The translations under genes were made by a program, and so were the position numbers. Shown piece after piece: positions 21,093-31,787 of a stretch of 64,000 nt of DNA. The stretch lies in the sequence record PV390659.2. One strand, written 5' to 3'. This DNA is from Escherichia phage vB_EcoM_P8. The notes under the pieces are model-generated. The model was given only the letters and a program-made list of their open reading frames with translations. It was not told the DNA's origin and did not search any database. The number at the start of each line of letters is the position of its first letter. Positions within the stretch are counted from its first letter, which is position 1.

Positions 21093-21206
21093 ATGAAAAA
21101 GATTGTTAAAGCTATATGGAATGTAGTTATAATACTAGTAGTTTTGAGTATATTCCCAATCGTTTTAATGATTGATGTATTAAACGCTTACTTTGGATTT
21201 ATGTGA
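21093..21206 (+). CDS. small membrane peptide
   Basis: 37 aa; GGAGGAACAG SD after promoter; longer track ORF uses upstream non-ATG start. Confidence 0.4.
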   Translation: MKKIVKAIWNVVIILVVLSIFPIVLMIDVLNAYFGFM

Positions 21207-21213
21207 GGAAAAT

Positions 21214-21411
21214 ATGAAGCGTAAACGTAGTGCTTTTACATTTATGGAATGGTTTTTCGATAATATTTTTCCAGCTTTATTCATTTTCATGCTGATTTTC
21301 GCCTTGGGTTCAGTTGTGGTTGGAATCTATTTGATGGCGGTTGTCGGAATGGACATTCATCAAAATGGCTTAAAATCTGTGGTTGAAACAATTTGGAATG
21401 GTGTAAAATGA
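21214..21411 (+). CDS. small membrane protein
   Basis: 65 aa from ATG with GAGGAAAAT SD; 2 TM-like segments. Confidence 0.45.
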   Translation: MKRKRSAFTFMEWFFDNIFPALFIFMLIFALGSVVVGIYLMAVVGMDIHQNGLKSVVETIWNGVK

Positions 21412-21518
21412 TGAATTTGCTGAGTGGTTGGTTTTATATTCTTATGTTTTACATTGGTGCAAATTTCCCATACTGGATGGGATGGTCAACAACTGCGTTT
21501 GGATTTTATACTCCTTGA
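21408..21518 (+). CDS. tiny hydrophobic peptide
   Basis: 36 codons, ATGA-coupled. Confidence 0.3.
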   Translation: MMNLLSGWFYILMFYIGANFPYWMGWSTTAFGFYTP

Positions 21519-21526
21519 GGTGAATT

Positions 21527-21742
21527 ATGAAAATTTTTAAAGATGTAAAGGTCGGTGAAATTTTCTGTTTAGATAATGGTGATCAGTTAATTCGTATTTC
21601 ACCTCTTAAAAGCACTAGCGAGAAAATGACAGTTAACGCTACTTTAGCAAATAACAGTAATGAACGTTTCTGTATTGAAAATGATACTGAAACTTATACC
21701 GTAGAAGAGTTCTGGGAATTGAGCGTCGACTGCGACGATTAA
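21527..21742 (+). CDS. hypothetical protein
   Basis: 71 aa. Confidence 0.5.
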   Translation: MKIFKDVKVGEIFCLDNGDQLIRISPLKSTSEKMTVNATLANNSNERFCIENDTETYTVEEFWELSVDCDD

Positions 21743-21801
21743 TTTATCGGCCGTGTGTATTCATGCGGCCTTGGAGTAGAAAATAATTAGAGGAAAATAA
21801 C

Positions 21802-22257
21802 ATGAAATATATGACTGTTACTGATTTGAATAATGCAGGCGCAACTGTTATTGGTACAATCAAGGGCGGTGAATGGGTTTTTGGAACTCCACATAAAGAC
21901 ATTTTGTCTAACCCTGGATTTTACTTTTTAGTAAGCAAATTTGGTGGTCCATTTGATAGTCCGTGTGTATCTGCGCGATTTTATGTAGGTAATCAGCGTT
22001 CTAAGCAAGGATTCAGTGCAGTTCTAAGTCATATTCGCCAGCGTCGATCTCAGCTTGCGCGTACTATTGCAAATAACAATGTTCCATACACGGTATTTTA
22101 TCTACCTGCTTCTAAGATGAAACCTCTGACGACGGGATTTGGAAAAGGTCAGTTAGCTTTAGCGTTTACTCGTAATCATCATTCTGAGTATCAAACGCTT
22201 GAAGAAATGAATCGTCTGTTGGCTGATAACTTTAAATTTGTTTTGCAGGCATACTAA
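21802..22257 (+). CDS. ndd: nucleoid disruption protein Ndd
   Basis: 151 aa [23 protein letters not shown]... matches T4 Ndd as recalled. Confidence 0.8.
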
Positions 22258-22337
22258 TGAGTAATTTCCATAACGAACATGTAATGCAGTTCTATCGTAA
22301 CAATCTTAAAACTAAAGGCGTCTTCGGACGCCAGTGA
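22257..22337 (+). CDS. stp: Stp peptide (anti-restriction; activator of PrrC anticodon nuclease in T4)
   Basis: 26 aa [26 protein letters not shown] identical to recalled T4 Stp; TAATG-coupled to ndd. Confidence 0.85.
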
Positions 22338-22344
22338 GGAAAAT

Positions 22345-22503
22345 ATGAATATTGCAAAACTATTAGGAGTTATTTCATTTATTTGTTGGATAGTAGCATG
22401 TGTTTTAACTATCTGTATCGATGCTAGCAGTGTGTTTTCACAAGCTTTAGCTCAGGGTATGTGTGCATATTTAACATTTGTGTTGTTATCTACCAATGAT
22501 TAA
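22345..22503 (+). CDS. ac: small membrane protein Ac (acridine sensitivity)
   Basis: 52 aa hydrophobic, position between stp and 52. Confidence 0.6.
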   Translation: MNIAKLLGVISFICWIVACVLTICIDASSVFSQALAQGMCAYLTFVLLSTND

Positions 22504-22637
22504 GAAAATCTTGGGCTATTCATTAGCCCTTGCTACTTTATTGGTAGCACTATATTATGGAGTAATGTTCGGATTAATTCAAGTCGTGCTTTTCATTTCT
22601 GATGTTATTATGGCACTACATTCACTAGTATGGTAAA
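22497..22637 (+). CDS. small membrane peptide (52.1 position)
   Basis: 46 codons, overlaps ac end. Confidence 0.35.
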
Positions 22638-22640
22638 TTT

Positions 22641-23969
22641 ATGCAACTGAATAATCGCGATTTAAAAAGTATCATTGATAATGAAGCATTGGCTTATGCT
22701 ATGTACACGGTTGAAAATCGTGCTATTCCAAATATGATTGATGGATTTAAGCCAGTTCAACGGTTTGTTATTGCTCGAGCCCTTGATTTAGCACGAGGAA
22801 ATAAAGATAAGTTTCACAAACTTGCTTCTATTGCAGGTGGTGTAGCTGACCTCGGATATCATCATGGTGAAAACTCTGCACAAGATGCGGGGGCTTTGAT
22901 GGCTAACACTTGGAATAATAACTTTCCTTTGTTAGATGGTCAAGGAAACTTTGGTTCTCGTACCGTTCAAAAAGCAGCGGCAAGTCGTTATATTTTTGCT
23001 CGTGTAAGTAAAAATTTCTATAGCGTATATAAAGATACTGAATATGCTCCGGTACATCAAGATAAAGAACACATTCCGCCTGCTTTCTATTTGCCTATTA
23101 TTCCTACTGTTCTTCTTAATGGTGTTTCCGGTATTGCAACTGGTTATGCAACTTACATTCTTCCTCATAGTGTTTCTTCTGTCAAGAAAGCTGTACTACA
23201 AGCTCTTCAAGGAAAGAAAGTAACTAAACCGAAGGTAGAATTCCCAGAATTTCGTGGTGAAGTCGTTGAAATTGACGGTCAATATGAAATTCGTGGAACG
23301 TACAAGTTTACTTCACGAACTCAAATGCATATCACTGAGATTCCGTATAAGTATGATCGTGAAACTTATGTGAGTAAAATCTTAGACCCGCTTGAAGATA
23401 AAGGCTTCATTACGTGGGATGATGCTTGTGGTGAGCATGGTTTTGGCTTTAAAATTAAATTCCGCAAAGAATACTCTTTGAGCAATAACGAAGAAGAACG
23501 CCATGCAAAAATTATGAAAGACTTTGGGTTGATTGAGCGTCGTTCCCAAAATATTACAGTCATCAACGAGAAAGGAAAGCTACAAGTTTACGATAACGTA
23601 GTTGATTTAATCAAAGACTTCGTTGAAGTTCGTAAAACTTATGTCCAAAAACGAATTGATAACAAAATCAAAGAAACTGAATCAGCATTTCGTTTAGCCT
23701 TTGCCAAGGCACATTTCATTAAGAAAGTAATTTCAGGTGAAATTGTTGTGCAAGGTAAAACTCGCAAAGAACTGACCGAAGAACTTTCTAAAATTGATAT
23801 GTATTCTTCTTATGTTGATAAACTAGTTGGAATGAATATTTTTCATATGACTTCCGACGAAGCAAAGAAACTTGCTGAAGAAGCTAAAGCTAAAAAAGAA
23901 GAAAACGAATATTGGAAAACTACTGATGTAGTTACAGAATACACCAAAGATTTAGAGGAAATCAAATGA
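22641..23969 (+). CDS. 52: DNA topoisomerase II medium subunit gp52 (GyrA-like)
   Basis: 442 aa; MQLNNRDLKSIIDNEALAYAMYTVENRAIP... matches T4 gp52. Confidence 0.95.
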   Translation: MQLNNRDLKSIIDNEALAYAMYTVENRAIPNMIDGFKPVQRFVIARALDLARGNKDKFHKLASIAGGVADLGYHHGENSAQDAGALMANTWNNNFPLLDGQGNFGSRTVQKAAASRYIFARVSKNFYSVYKDTEYAPVHQDKEHIPPAFYLPIIPTVLLNGVSGIATGYATYILPHSVSSVKKAVLQALQGKKVTKPKVEFPEFRGEVVEIDGQYEIRGTYKFTSRTQMHITEIPYKYDRETYVSKILDPLEDKGFITWDDACGEHGFGFKIKFRKEYSLSNNEEERHAKIMKDFGLIERRSQNITVINEKGKLQVYDNVVDLIKDFVEVRKTYVQKRIDNKIKETESAFRLAFAKAHFIKKVISGEIVVQGKTRKELTEELSKIDMYSSYVDKLVGMNIFHMTSDEAKKLAEEAKAKKEENEYWKTTDVVTEYTKDLEEIK

Positions 23970-24115
23970 GTCCATTCATAGGTATTACAAGCGCGGCATT
24001 AGTATCTGGTAGCATTTTACTGGCGGGTTTAGGTGTTGTTCCAGCCGTAGCAGGAGGTCTTCTTGCGTTCGGCATTCAACGTGTTATCATGACAGTTATC
24101 ACAGTCATGCAGTAA
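23966..24115 (+). CDS. small membrane peptide
   Basis: 49 aa, ATGA-coupled to 52, followed by terminator. Confidence 0.4.
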   Translation: MSPFIGITSAALVSGSILLAGLGVVPAVAGGLLAFGIQRVIMTVITVMQ

Positions 24116-24120
24116 TTTTA

Positions 24121-24150
24121 GGGAGAGCCTCGGCTCTCCCTTTTTATTTT
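24121..24150 (+). terminator. rho-independent terminator after gene 52 block
   Basis: GGGAGAGCC/GGCTCTCCC stem followed by TTTTTATTTT. Confidence 0.7.
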
Positions 24151-24170
24151 AAAATTTTTTTCACAAAACG

Positions 24171-24200
24171 GTTTACAACCAAAGCATACTGTGGTACTAT
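24171..24200 (+). promoter_or_regulatory. T4-type early promoter upstream of motA
   Basis: GTTTAC, 18-nt spacer, TACTAT. Confidence 0.55.
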
Positions 24201-24241
24201 ACAACTATCAACTACTGATACAGAATTACGGAGATTAGAAA

Positions 24242-24877
24242 ATGTCTAAAGTAACTTACATCATCAAAGCTTCTAACGATGTTCTGAATGAAAAAACTGC
24301 TGCGATTTTAATTACCATTGCTAAGAAAGATTTCATTACAGCTGCAGAAGTTCGTGAGGTGCATCCAGATTTAGGTAATGCAGTAGTTAATAGTAATATT
24401 GGGGTATTGATTAAAAAAGGCCTGGTAGAGAAATCGGGTGATGGATTAATCATTACTGGTGAAGCTCAGGATATTATTTCAAATGCAGCAACTTTATACG
24501 CACAGGAAAATGCTCCGGAACTGCTGAAAAAACGAGCAACTCGTAAAGCTCGCGAGATTACTTCTGATATGGAAGAAGATAAAGACTTCATGCTAAAACT
24601 TTTAGATGAAAATGGATTTGTTCTTAAAAAGGTTGAAACTTATCGTAGTAACTATCTTGCTATTTTAGAAAAACGCACCCACGGAATTCGTAATTTTGAA
24701 ATTAATAACAATGGAAATATGCGAATTTTTGGATACAAAATGATGGAACATCATATTCAGAAATTTACTGACATTGGTATGTCATGTAAAATCGCTAAAA
24801 ACGGTAATGTGTATCTTGACATTAAACGCTCAGCAGAAAACATTGAAGCTGTAATCGCCGTAGCATCTGAACTGTGA
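24242..24877 (+). CDS. motA: middle transcription activator MotA
   Basis: 211 aa MSKVTYIIKASNDVLNEKTAAILITIAKKDFITAAE... matches T4 MotA. Confidence 0.9.
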   Translation: MSKVTYIIKASNDVLNEKTAAILITIAKKDFITAAEVREVHPDLGNAVVNSNIGVLIKKGLVEKSGDGLIITGEAQDIISNAATLYAQENAPELLKKRATRKAREITSDMEEDKDFMLKLLDENGFVLKKVETYRSNYLAILEKRTHGIRNFEINNNGNMRIFGYKMMEHHIQKFTDIGMSCKIAKNGNVYLDIKRSAENIEAVIAVASEL

Positions 24878-24887
24878 GGAATAAATA

Positions 24888-25217
24888 ATGAACAAGTTAG
24901 AAATTATCAATGAACTTCGTCGTTGTGCAGAACCCACTCAAGAGGGGTGGGATATTTGGTACCATGGAGCTTATCTTGGAACCATCGTAAAGATTAAGAC
25001 TGGCAAATACATGATTATTCGTGAAAGTAAAGATGCTCCAGTAGGTATTCGCAATAATTTCATGGCAGCGATAAGTTCCTTTACAGATTCAGCTTACGAA
25101 ATTTACCTTGCTGATTATAAAGAATTCCAGGAATCTCAACCAGTTATTCGCTCAATTGGTGTTAACAAAGCTCAACAGAAAACTTTGTGGCAGCGTATTA
25201 AAGGATGGTTTAAATGA
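24888..25217 (+). CDS. hypothetical protein
   Basis: 109 aa. Confidence 0.5.
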   Translation: MNKLEIINELRRCAEPTQEGWDIWYHGAYLGTIVKIKTGKYMIIRESKDAPVGIRNNFMAAISSFTDSAYEIYLADYKEFQESQPVIRSIGVNKAQQKTLWQRIKGWFK

Positions 25218-25675
25218 ATCCATTTATTAATCGTTTAAAAATGCTGAATGTTCCTTTATATCGTGAAACTCCAGAAAGTCTTGTTCAAAAATTTAAAGCG
25301 CATGGTTATAAATGCACAGAAGAAGATATTCTGAAAGAAGTTCCTGAAATCTGTTGGCAGACTGCGTACTGGGATGAAAACCAAAAGTATCAACGACGAA
25401 TTGTCTGTGCAGCTAATCGTTTTAAATTAAAAGATGGACGAACTCTTGTTATTCCAGGTGCTCGTCATTATTCTAAAGATATGGCAGAAGTTTTAGATGT
25501 AGTTAAACCTCAATTAGTTACTCAGCAAGTTTGTGATGATGACCAAGGGTTTATTGACCAATATAGTAATTATTGGACACGTGAAGAAGCAATGATTATT
25601 GCAACTTATGCTGGACAAGTGCGTATTGAACGTGGTGGTAGTGAAAAAGAACTTTACTCTGAGGACCTTTACTAA
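25214..25675 (+). CDS. hypothetical protein
   Basis: 153 aa, ATGA-coupled. Confidence 0.55.
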   Translation: MNPFINRLKMLNVPLYRETPESLVQKFKAHGYKCTEEDILKEVPEICWQTAYWDENQKYQRRIVCAANRFKLKDGRTLVIPGARHYSKDMAEVLDVVKPQLVTQQVCDDDQGFIDQYSNYWTREEAMIIATYAGQVRIERGGSEKELYSEDLY

Positions 25676-25971
25676 TGAATATTAAAAAGTTTCAAATTGA
25701 TGGAATTATGAATCAAATCCAGGCATTGGAATATGCCAATAAAATGATGTCAACTAATTGGGGAATTTATGCCAATGAACCGGGATTTAAGTTCTGTAAT
25801 ATGGAATTCACTAAAAAGCTCGTAGGAAAAGATTATGTATGTCCATTTAGTTCTCCAGTAAATGGAATGTTAAAACCTGCTTTACGCGATCTTTATATTG
25901 CGATGAACGAAGAAATGATAAAAGAACTAAAACGTCAACTGAAGGTGATTCAATTTGGCCAGGGAAATTAA
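25675..25971 (+). CDS. hypothetical protein
   Basis: 98 aa. Confidence 0.5.
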   Translation: MNIKKFQIDGIMNQIQALEYANKMMSTNWGIYANEPGFKFCNMEFTKKLVGKDYVCPFSSPVNGMLKPALRDLYIAMNEEMIKELKRQLKVIQFGQGN

Positions 25972-26173
25972 TTCAAAATCCGATTATTTTAACTCTCTCA
26001 ATGATAAAGATAAAAATCTAATACGGCATTTTATTGTTGAGATGGGATATACTGACACACGTGATTTAAGAGAACATATATTTGAATGTGGTGTAGCTAA
26101 AAAGTTTTCATTCACATGCAAATGTTTAAGAGAGGTAATTCAGCACTATGAACAATTTAGTCGCAAAACATAA
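25955..26173 (+). CDS. hypothetical protein
   Basis: 72 aa. Confidence 0.45.
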   Translation: MAREINSKSDYFNSLNDKDKNLIRHFIVEMGYTDTRDLREHIFECGVAKKFSFTCKCLREVIQHYEQFSRKT

Positions 26174-26256
26174 TTTTAATAAAGCTTCTGTCCATAAAGA
26201 TAAGAAGAAAGCGTTTAAAGAATCTAATCGCAAACAGAAACATAAGGGGAAGGTCT

Positions 26257-26535
26257 ATGATTATTGATTCTCAATCTGTGGTTCAATATACAATCAAAAT
26301 TGATATTCTAGAAAAGCTATATAAGCTTCTACCAAATTTATACCACTCAATTGTTAATGAATTAGTTGAAGAATTACATCTCGAGAATAATGATTTCTTG
26401 GTTGGAACTTATAAAGACCTCTCAAAAGCAGGATATTTTTACGTAATTCCAGCTCCAGGAAAAAGTATTGATGATGTATTAAAAACTATAATGATTTATG
26501 TCCATGATTACGAAATTGAAGATTATTTTGAATGA
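26257..26535 (+). CDS. arn: anti-restriction nuclease protein Arn
   Basis: 92 aa equals T4 Arn length; position upstream of asiA. Confidence 0.65.
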   Translation: MIIDSQSVVQYTIKIDILEKLYKLLPNLYHSIVNELVEELHLENNDFLVGTYKDLSKAGYFYVIPAPGKSIDDVLKTIMIYVHDYEIEDYFE

Positions 26536-26684
26536 GTCATAATCTTGAAATGGTAATCGAGCATAATGTAGCTCAGGAACGTAAGTCGTTCAAGGAATTC
26601 GTAGAAAAAATTTTTGAAGAAAATAACACAGACCAGTTTACAAATCAAGTGTCTGATGATATTATAATAAAGTCAACTAATTGA
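26532..26684 (+). CDS. hypothetical small protein
   Basis: 50 codons, ATGA-coupled. Confidence 0.35.
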   Translation: MSHNLEMVIEHNVAQERKSFKEFVEKIFEENNTDQFTNQVSDDIIIKSTN

Positions 26685-26696
26685 GTGGTATAGTTA

Positions 26697-26969
26697 ATGA
26701 ATAAAAACATTGATACAGTTCGTGAAATTATTACTGTTGCGTCTATTTTGATTAAATTTTCCAGAGAAGATATTGTTGAGAATCGTGCTAATTTTATCGC
26801 ATTTCTGAATGAGATTGGAGTAACGCATGAAGGTAGAAAGTTAAATCAGAATTCATTCCGTAAAATTGTTTCTGAATTAACCCAAGAAGATAAGAAAACC
26901 CTCATCGACGAATTCAACGAGGGTTTTGAGGGTGTATATCGATATCTAGAGATGTATACGAACAAATAA
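26697..26969 (+). CDS. asiA: anti-sigma70 factor AsiA
   Basis: 90 aa MNKNIDTVREIITVASILIKFSREDIVENRANFIAFLNEIGVTHEG... matches T4 AsiA. Confidence 0.9.
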   Translation: MNKNIDTVREIITVASILIKFSREDIVENRANFIAFLNEIGVTHEGRKLNQNSFRKIVSELTQEDKKTLIDEFNEGFEGVYRYLEMYTNK

Positions 26970-27626
26970 TTATTTAGCCCTTCCTAATATTCTGGCCGCC
27001 TGAGAACATATTGATTCAAGGCGGTCATTACTTATATGATCATTTCTATACCAGTACATGGTTATTGTTCCAGCATAGATATTATCCAAGTTAAAATATG
27101 GACAACTGTACATGTAATTTATTTCGGGAGTAGGCTTTTTAGTTGGTAAAAAAGCAAATTTTGAGTTGGAATAATAATGACGTCCATTTAAATGAACTGC
27201 ATATTCATCCATAGTTTTATCAACAGGATATCCTCCAAGTGATTTTTCGCTTATTGTTGAAGGTAATTTTCCTTCATATGCTATAATATCAACAAAATAG
27301 TTTAAGTTTTTAGGGCGGAAAGAATACACCGCACTAAAGTCTGCCTCAGATGATATGTGAACTATCTGGAGTTGTTCCAGGGCGACAGATTCAAAGCGTG
27401 CATTTCTTTCCTTTTCAATAATTTCACTGTATGTTTCATACTTTGATTGCTTATAGTACTCAAAGAAACTATCTCCCCTATACCAAACAATCGCCATTAT
27501 AAACAAAAGAATTACGACAGCTACCCGGGAAGCAAGAACTTTCCCGGTAGCGTTATCTTTGAACAAGCGATCTAGAACACCCAACAGAATATCAGAGGGC
27601 GAAAATGATATTCTAGGTGCTGCCAT
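26970..27626 (-). CDS. t: holin T
   Basis: 218 aa; MAAPRISFSPSDILLGVLDRLFKDNATGKVLASRVAVVILLF... matches T4 holin. Confidence 0.9.
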   Translation of the reverse strand: MAAPRISFSPSDILLGVLDRLFKDNATGKVLASRVAVVILLFIMAIVWYRGDSFFEYYKQSKYETYSEIIEKERNARFESVALEQLQIVHISSEADFSAVYSFRPKNLNYFVDIIAYEGKLPSTISEKSLGGYPVDKTMDEYAVHLNGRHYYSNSKFAFLPTKKPTPEINYMYSCPYFNLDNIYAGTITMYWYRNDHISNDRLESICSQAARILGRAK

Positions 27627-27656
27627 AGACCCTCCTTTTAAGGATATTTATTCAAA

Positions 27657-28433
27657 TTATACTCTTGGACCATATATTGCTCCAACGTTTTGCCACGTTG
27701 GCGTAGACCCTATGACGGCATAACCAGCAGCTCCGCCATCGTATTCATATCCTTGACCACGAATATTACATCTACCTCCTGCGGAGCCAACTTCACCACC
27801 AGACCCGCCGCTATAGATACCGTTCACAGACCCTGCGCCAGGCGCAGAAATAGTACCGGCAGTTGCTCCTGATTGCATATCAATAGATCCGCCCGGCGCG
27901 CCAAACGGACGACCGCCACCACCGCCAAATGTCAATCTCATTTGTGAAAAAGGAGAATAATATCCGCCACCGCCGCCGCCACCGCCGCCAGCAATAGCTC
28001 CGCCATTATTAATTCTTAGTCTCCCACCAATATCATTTTGAATACAATGACCTCCAGCTGAGCCAGGACTATTGCTACCGCCATTCCCGCCACGGCCATA
28101 CATCGTTACACCGTGTATATTCAGTTGAACATATTCATTTGGTGTATCTCCGTACATGAAGAATAAAGGAACATCTTTAGAATATGATACTAAATCTCCG
28201 GTGATATTAAACACTATAGGTGCACTACCTGCCTCAAAACATCTATCTCGGAACCATTGACCATTGAAGTTATGGTCTGCTCCAAGCGTGTGAATTATTT
28301 CAACAGATCGACCTATCATATTACTCATCCAAAACGGAATGCCCATTCTTAATCGTTGGGCCGCGCCACCCATCCAATTTTGTCCTGTATTAACTACTGC
28401 AGACGATCCTACCCACGGTCCTGTTACTGCCAT
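27657..28433 (-). CDS. 38: long tail fiber tip adhesin gp38, T2-type with glycine-rich motifs
   Basis: About 258 aa from ATG 28433; conserved N-terminus; GGGGGGGGG and GGSGG runs separating variable segments. Confidence 0.85.
   Translation of the reverse strand: MAVTGPWVGSSAVVNTGQNWMGGAAQRLRMGIPFWMSNMIGRSVEIIHTLGADHNFNGQWFRDRCFEAGSAPIVFNITGDLVSYSKDVPLFFMYGDTPNEYVQLNIHGVTMYGRGGNGGSNSPGSAGGHCIQNDIGGRLRINNGGAIAGGGGGGGGGYYSPFSQMRLTFGGGGGRPFGAPGGSIDMQSGATAGTISAPGAGSVNGIYSGGSGGEVGSAGGRCNIRGQGYEYDGGAAGYAVIGSTPTWQNVGAIYGPRV
27780..28100 (-). repeat. glycine-rich (GGN)n coding repeats inside gene 38
   Basis: Runs of GCC/ACC/GCG triplets on plus strand encoding poly-Gly motifs that separate variable segments. 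Confidence 0.7.
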
Positions 28434-28444
28434 ATAAACCCCCA

Positions 28445-28460
28445 AGGGGCCGAAGCCCCT
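28445..28460 (-). terminator. intergenic hairpin between genes 37 and 38
   Basis: AGGGGC-CGAA-GCCCCT; no clean U-tract on minus strand. Confidence 0.3.
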
Positions 28461-28464
28461 CTTA

Positions 28465-31400
28465 TTATTTTAACAATGATTTAACTAATGCTTTAAGTTC
28501 TTCGATTTCTGATTTAAGTTCTGCAATTTCTGCAGTATGCTCATTGATTGCAGCTGTATTTAAACCAATTACACCGTTATAGTTCAAACGAAGTAAAGCT
28601 TCACCATCAGGGTCACCTTCAACTAATTCAGGTAAAATAGCTTGAACTTCTTGAGCTATCAAACCGGCGTTAGGTTCCCATTTCTGATTTCCTTCTTCAT
28701 CTAGGCCTCGCTTCTGCATATAAGTGTAACCGTTAATTTTAGAAAGCTTCTCAGAAGCATTTTCAAATTTAACAAGGTCTTTTTTAACACGAATATCAGA
28801 ACGGACATAAACATCGCGGACAAATGTGGAATAGGCATCGCTTTGTTGGACTAAATGACCAAAAGAAATAATAGCTCTTCCTTGTTCAGTCCACAAAGCA
28901 CCAGTGGTATCCCAAAGACCTTCATGGAGATGGTAAGCGGACGACCATGAAGCAATATGCATTCCATTTGCAACCATGTTAATACGACCGTCACCGCCAT
29001 GAACTAACCCAGTGTCATTATCACCAATAACAACACATGCGCCTGTCCATGCAGGGTCACCTCCACCAGCTGATATTCTTACTCCAGCTTTAACCATGTC
29101 AGGAACGTACATGTTTCCATTATGGTGGAATTCGAAGATAGCTTGCGGATCGCTAGCATTTTCCTGGTTACCAACACGGATAATAGCCTGAGCCCATTGG
29201 TTAGTGATACGGCGCATACCGAAATCAACACCAGATACGTATCCTTCATTCGTAATAACAGATTTTCCTTTAATAATAGGATAATAGCAGTCATTGCCGA
29301 CGTAGCCAAAATCTACAAATATCGGCGCTTCTTGTCGCCATTGGTTTGCCCAATCGCCAGCTTGGTGCGCAGTCCACTGTGTACCGTTTATATGAAGGCG
29401 GTCTCTATTAAAATTAAATGTTCCTTGACCTTGAGGAGAAAGCGATATTTCGCCGTTATTTGTTATGTATACACCGCCTTGTGTAATGTAACTGTAAAAA
29501 CCTAGACCATTATCGCCGCCGCCTTTGCCTATATACCAGTTACCTGTACCACCTACATCACTACGGATGTGCGATGAAGCACCCACGCCTGCAGTTAAAA
29601 CAAGAGCATCATTGCCTGCCGATAAAGTCAATTTACCGGTCATCGTGTCGCCTTCTTTCGAAACACGAGTCGCAATAGCATCGCGAATATTTGTAGTATC
29701 ACCGGCAGAAGTAAACGGTTTCCAAATATCAGACCAGATATTACCATTTCGAGCAATAGTAGCTTCACCACCACCGACCTGAACGTTATCCGGGAAGTTA
29801 ACAGTACCGTCTTGATTAAAACGAGACGTATGGCCTTGTGATCCATCTTCTTTGATATGGTGTAAAACAAATGTACCCGAATTAATTTCAGTACCTAAAG
29901 ACCAAACCGCTTTACTGTTTAAAAACTTCTGTTTAACAATAGGATAATATTTGTTTATAGCATCATCATCATCAATTTCCTGGAAAATAGGAGCTGCTTG
30001 AACATACTGAATATCATAACCACCAGCGCCTGCACCGTGACCAGTAAATTTAATATAGCCGTTTGCTGCGAACGTATTGTAACTTGATTGTAAATCTGGA
30101 ATAGTAACTTTACCAGTATCTAAAGCCATACTAAACGGGCGAAGTGGACCGATATCGCCATGTTTACCTTCACCGTAAGCAGTTGGAATAATATGAAGAC
30201 TGCCTTCTGAACGTCTAAAAATGGCTCCATAATCTGCATTCCAAATGCGAAGCGCATTCACTGCTCCAGATGAAATTTCGCCTGTTGTGTGAACTCCTCT
30301 ATTTCCAGCAGTAACACCGGATGATTCAAATGAACCATTGACGTTCATTTCTACTTCACCGGTAGTAAGTCTTTGAATATAACTCATCCAGCTAGTTGCG
30401 TCAGAAATTTCCATGACATTTTTACGATTACCTACACTAGGATTAGTAAACGTATTACCCCATACAGAAATTGTCATATTATCAACTGAACTGCTACCAG
30501 TTGTGTTACCTCTAAACATCAGCGTAGAAGCATTATTACGACCATCAATATTAACAGAACCACCAATAACGTCAATATTACCGGGAGTAACTAACAAACC
30601 GCCGTGAGTATTAATGTTTGTAGTACCTTTACCACGGAAATAGTGATGATAATTACCACCTTGATAATAACCTAAAAGAGTCTGACCGTCGCCATACGCG
30701 TTATTATCATGATAAGTAACAACAGTGGCTAATGCATAGTTTTCTGTCGGTGGCGTTGTCATAAGAATCCCATCCGGAGAATAACCCATAACCATTTTTC
30801 TAAGGCTTTGTGTTTCCGCAGGACCGTAAATGAAAGTTCTTGTTCCGTTGTTTACTGTATGAAAATATCCGTCCTGATGCCATTTAAATCCGGTATCATT
30901 ATCACCAAGAGCAATTGAAGCAGTCCCTAATTCAGAATATCCTTTAGAGCCGCCCGGAAGACCTATAGAAATAGAATGGCCTGCTTTCAATCCACCGGAC
31001 CAGGTAAACGACCAAAGATAGGCATCTAACCCGTCACCGGCGTACCAGGTTATCCCGTCGTTATCTTTAACTTCATGGAATATACCAGATCCTACGGCAT
31101 TTCGCATAACACGGAGGTGGTTAATAGCCGTTTCGCTTTCTGCCAACGGAGTGTTATTTGCTAATGAATAGATATCATAATCGCCTGTCTTCTTCCCATT
31201 TGTAATAACTTTATCGGTCAGAATTTGTGGAGACGAAATAGATTTCCATGCTGATACTTCAGGTGAAGTAAATAGGCCACTGCCTGAAAATGCATAGGTG
31301 CTTTCATCACCAGCGGCGTAGTCTTGAACGCGGATATTAACTACTTGCGTAGTTAATCCATCATTAGCCGGGGCATAAATGATTCCACGTTCGCGGCTAT

Positions 31401-31779
31401 TGCCATCGAAAAAACGAACATGCGATGTACCTGAACTTTTTGTAATAAGTTCTCCACCCTCAGTCATAATCTGCCCGGCGGCAATAATATCGCGAGTTAC
31501 TCGAGCAATACCAGTTAAATTGAAATCACCGGTTTGAGTGAAGGTACCATTTAAAGTATAATCACCAGTTTGATTATAGTTTCCTATATGAATAACATTC
31601 CCGTCAATGCTACCGCCTTTAGCAAAACCAAGATCAATGATATTTCCTTGGTCATCTTTAGTAAAAAGTACGCGGTCTTTTAAGTTTATAGCCAATTCAC
31701 CTTCGGCTAATACTGAAGCGGCAGGACGTGCTCCTGCAGTTTTGCTTCTTTTAAATTGTATTTGTTTTAAAGTAGCCAT
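28465..31779 (-). CDS. 37: long tail fiber distal subunit gp37 with C-terminal intramolecular-chaperone-like domain
   Basis: 1104 aa; N-terminus [23 protein letters not shown]...; C-terminus has S-D-x-R-x-K and GLIAQEVQ plus coiled coil. Confidence 0.9.
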   Translation of the reverse strand: MATLKQIQFKRSKTAGARPAASVLAEGELAINLKDRVLFTKDDQGNIIDLGFAKGGSIDGNVIHIGNYNQTGDYTLNGTFTQTGDFNLTGIARVTRDIIAAGQIMTEGGELITKSSGTSHVRFFDGNSRERGIIYAPANDGLTTQVVNIRVQDYAAGDESTYAFSGSGLFTSPEVSAWKSISSPQILTDKVITNGKKTGDYDIYSLANNTPLAESETAINHLRVMRNAVGSGIFHEVKDNDGITWYAGDGLDAYLWSFTWSGGLKAGHSISIGLPGGSKGYSELGTASIALGDNDTGFKWHQDGYFHTVNNGTRTFIYGPAETQSLRKMVMGYSPDGILMTTPPTENYALATVVTYHDNNAYGDGQTLLGYYQGGNYHHYFRGKGTTNINTHGGLLVTPGNIDVIGGSVNIDGRNNASTLMFRGNTTGSSSVDNMTISVWGNTFTNPSVGNRKNVMEISDATSWMSYIQRLTTGEVEMNVNGSFESSGVTAGNRGVHTTGEISSGAVNALRIWNADYGAIFRRSEGSLHIIPTAYGEGKHGDIGPLRPFSMALDTGKVTIPDLQSSYNTFAANGYIKFTGHGAGAGGYDIQYVQAAPIFQEIDDDDAINKYYPIVKQKFLNSKAVWSLGTEINSGTFVLHHIKEDGSQGHTSRFNQDGTVNFPDNVQVGGGEATIARNGNIWSDIWKPFTSAGDTTNIRDAIATRVSKEGDTMTGKLTLSAGNDALVLTAGVGASSHIRSDVGGTGNWYIGKGGGDNGLGFYSYITQGGVYITNNGEISLSPQGQGTFNFNRDRLHINGTQWTAHQAGDWANQWRQEAPIFVDFGYVGNDCYYPIIKGKSVITNEGYVSGVDFGMRRITNQWAQAIIRVGNQENASDPQAIFEFHHNGNMYVPDMVKAGVRISAGGGDPAWTGACVVIGDNDTGLVHGGDGRINMVANGMHIASWSSAYHLHEGLWDTTGALWTEQGRAIISFGHLVQQSDAYSTFVRDVYVRSDIRVKKDLVKFENASEKLSKINGYTYMQKRGLDEEGNQKWEPNAGLIAQEVQAILPELVEGDPDGEALLRLNYNGVIGLNTAAINEHTAEIAELKSEIEELKALVKSLLK

Positions 31780-31787
31780 AAGTCCTC

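Noticed and set aside
20958-21206. 82-aa ORF as drawn in the track
   Set aside because: The upstream part has no RBS and uses a non-ATG start; the RBS-preceded ATG at 21093 gives a 37-aa membrane peptide instead.
26967-26972. Zero-gap convergent stop codons of asiA and t as a possible anomaly
   Set aside because: Tail-to-tail abutment of these two genes fits the conserved T-even arrangement as I recall it; nothing unusual in the sequence itself.
27690-27872. 60-aa plus-strand ORF inside gene 38
   Set aside because: It is an artefact of the GC-rich glycine-codon repeats read on the opposite strand.
29122-29505. Plus-strand ORFs inside the tail-fiber genes (29122-29505, 29525-29782, 35842-36145, 33252-33446)
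   Set aside because: They lie antisense within long, well-supported minus-strand structural genes and over repeat regions; no RBS.
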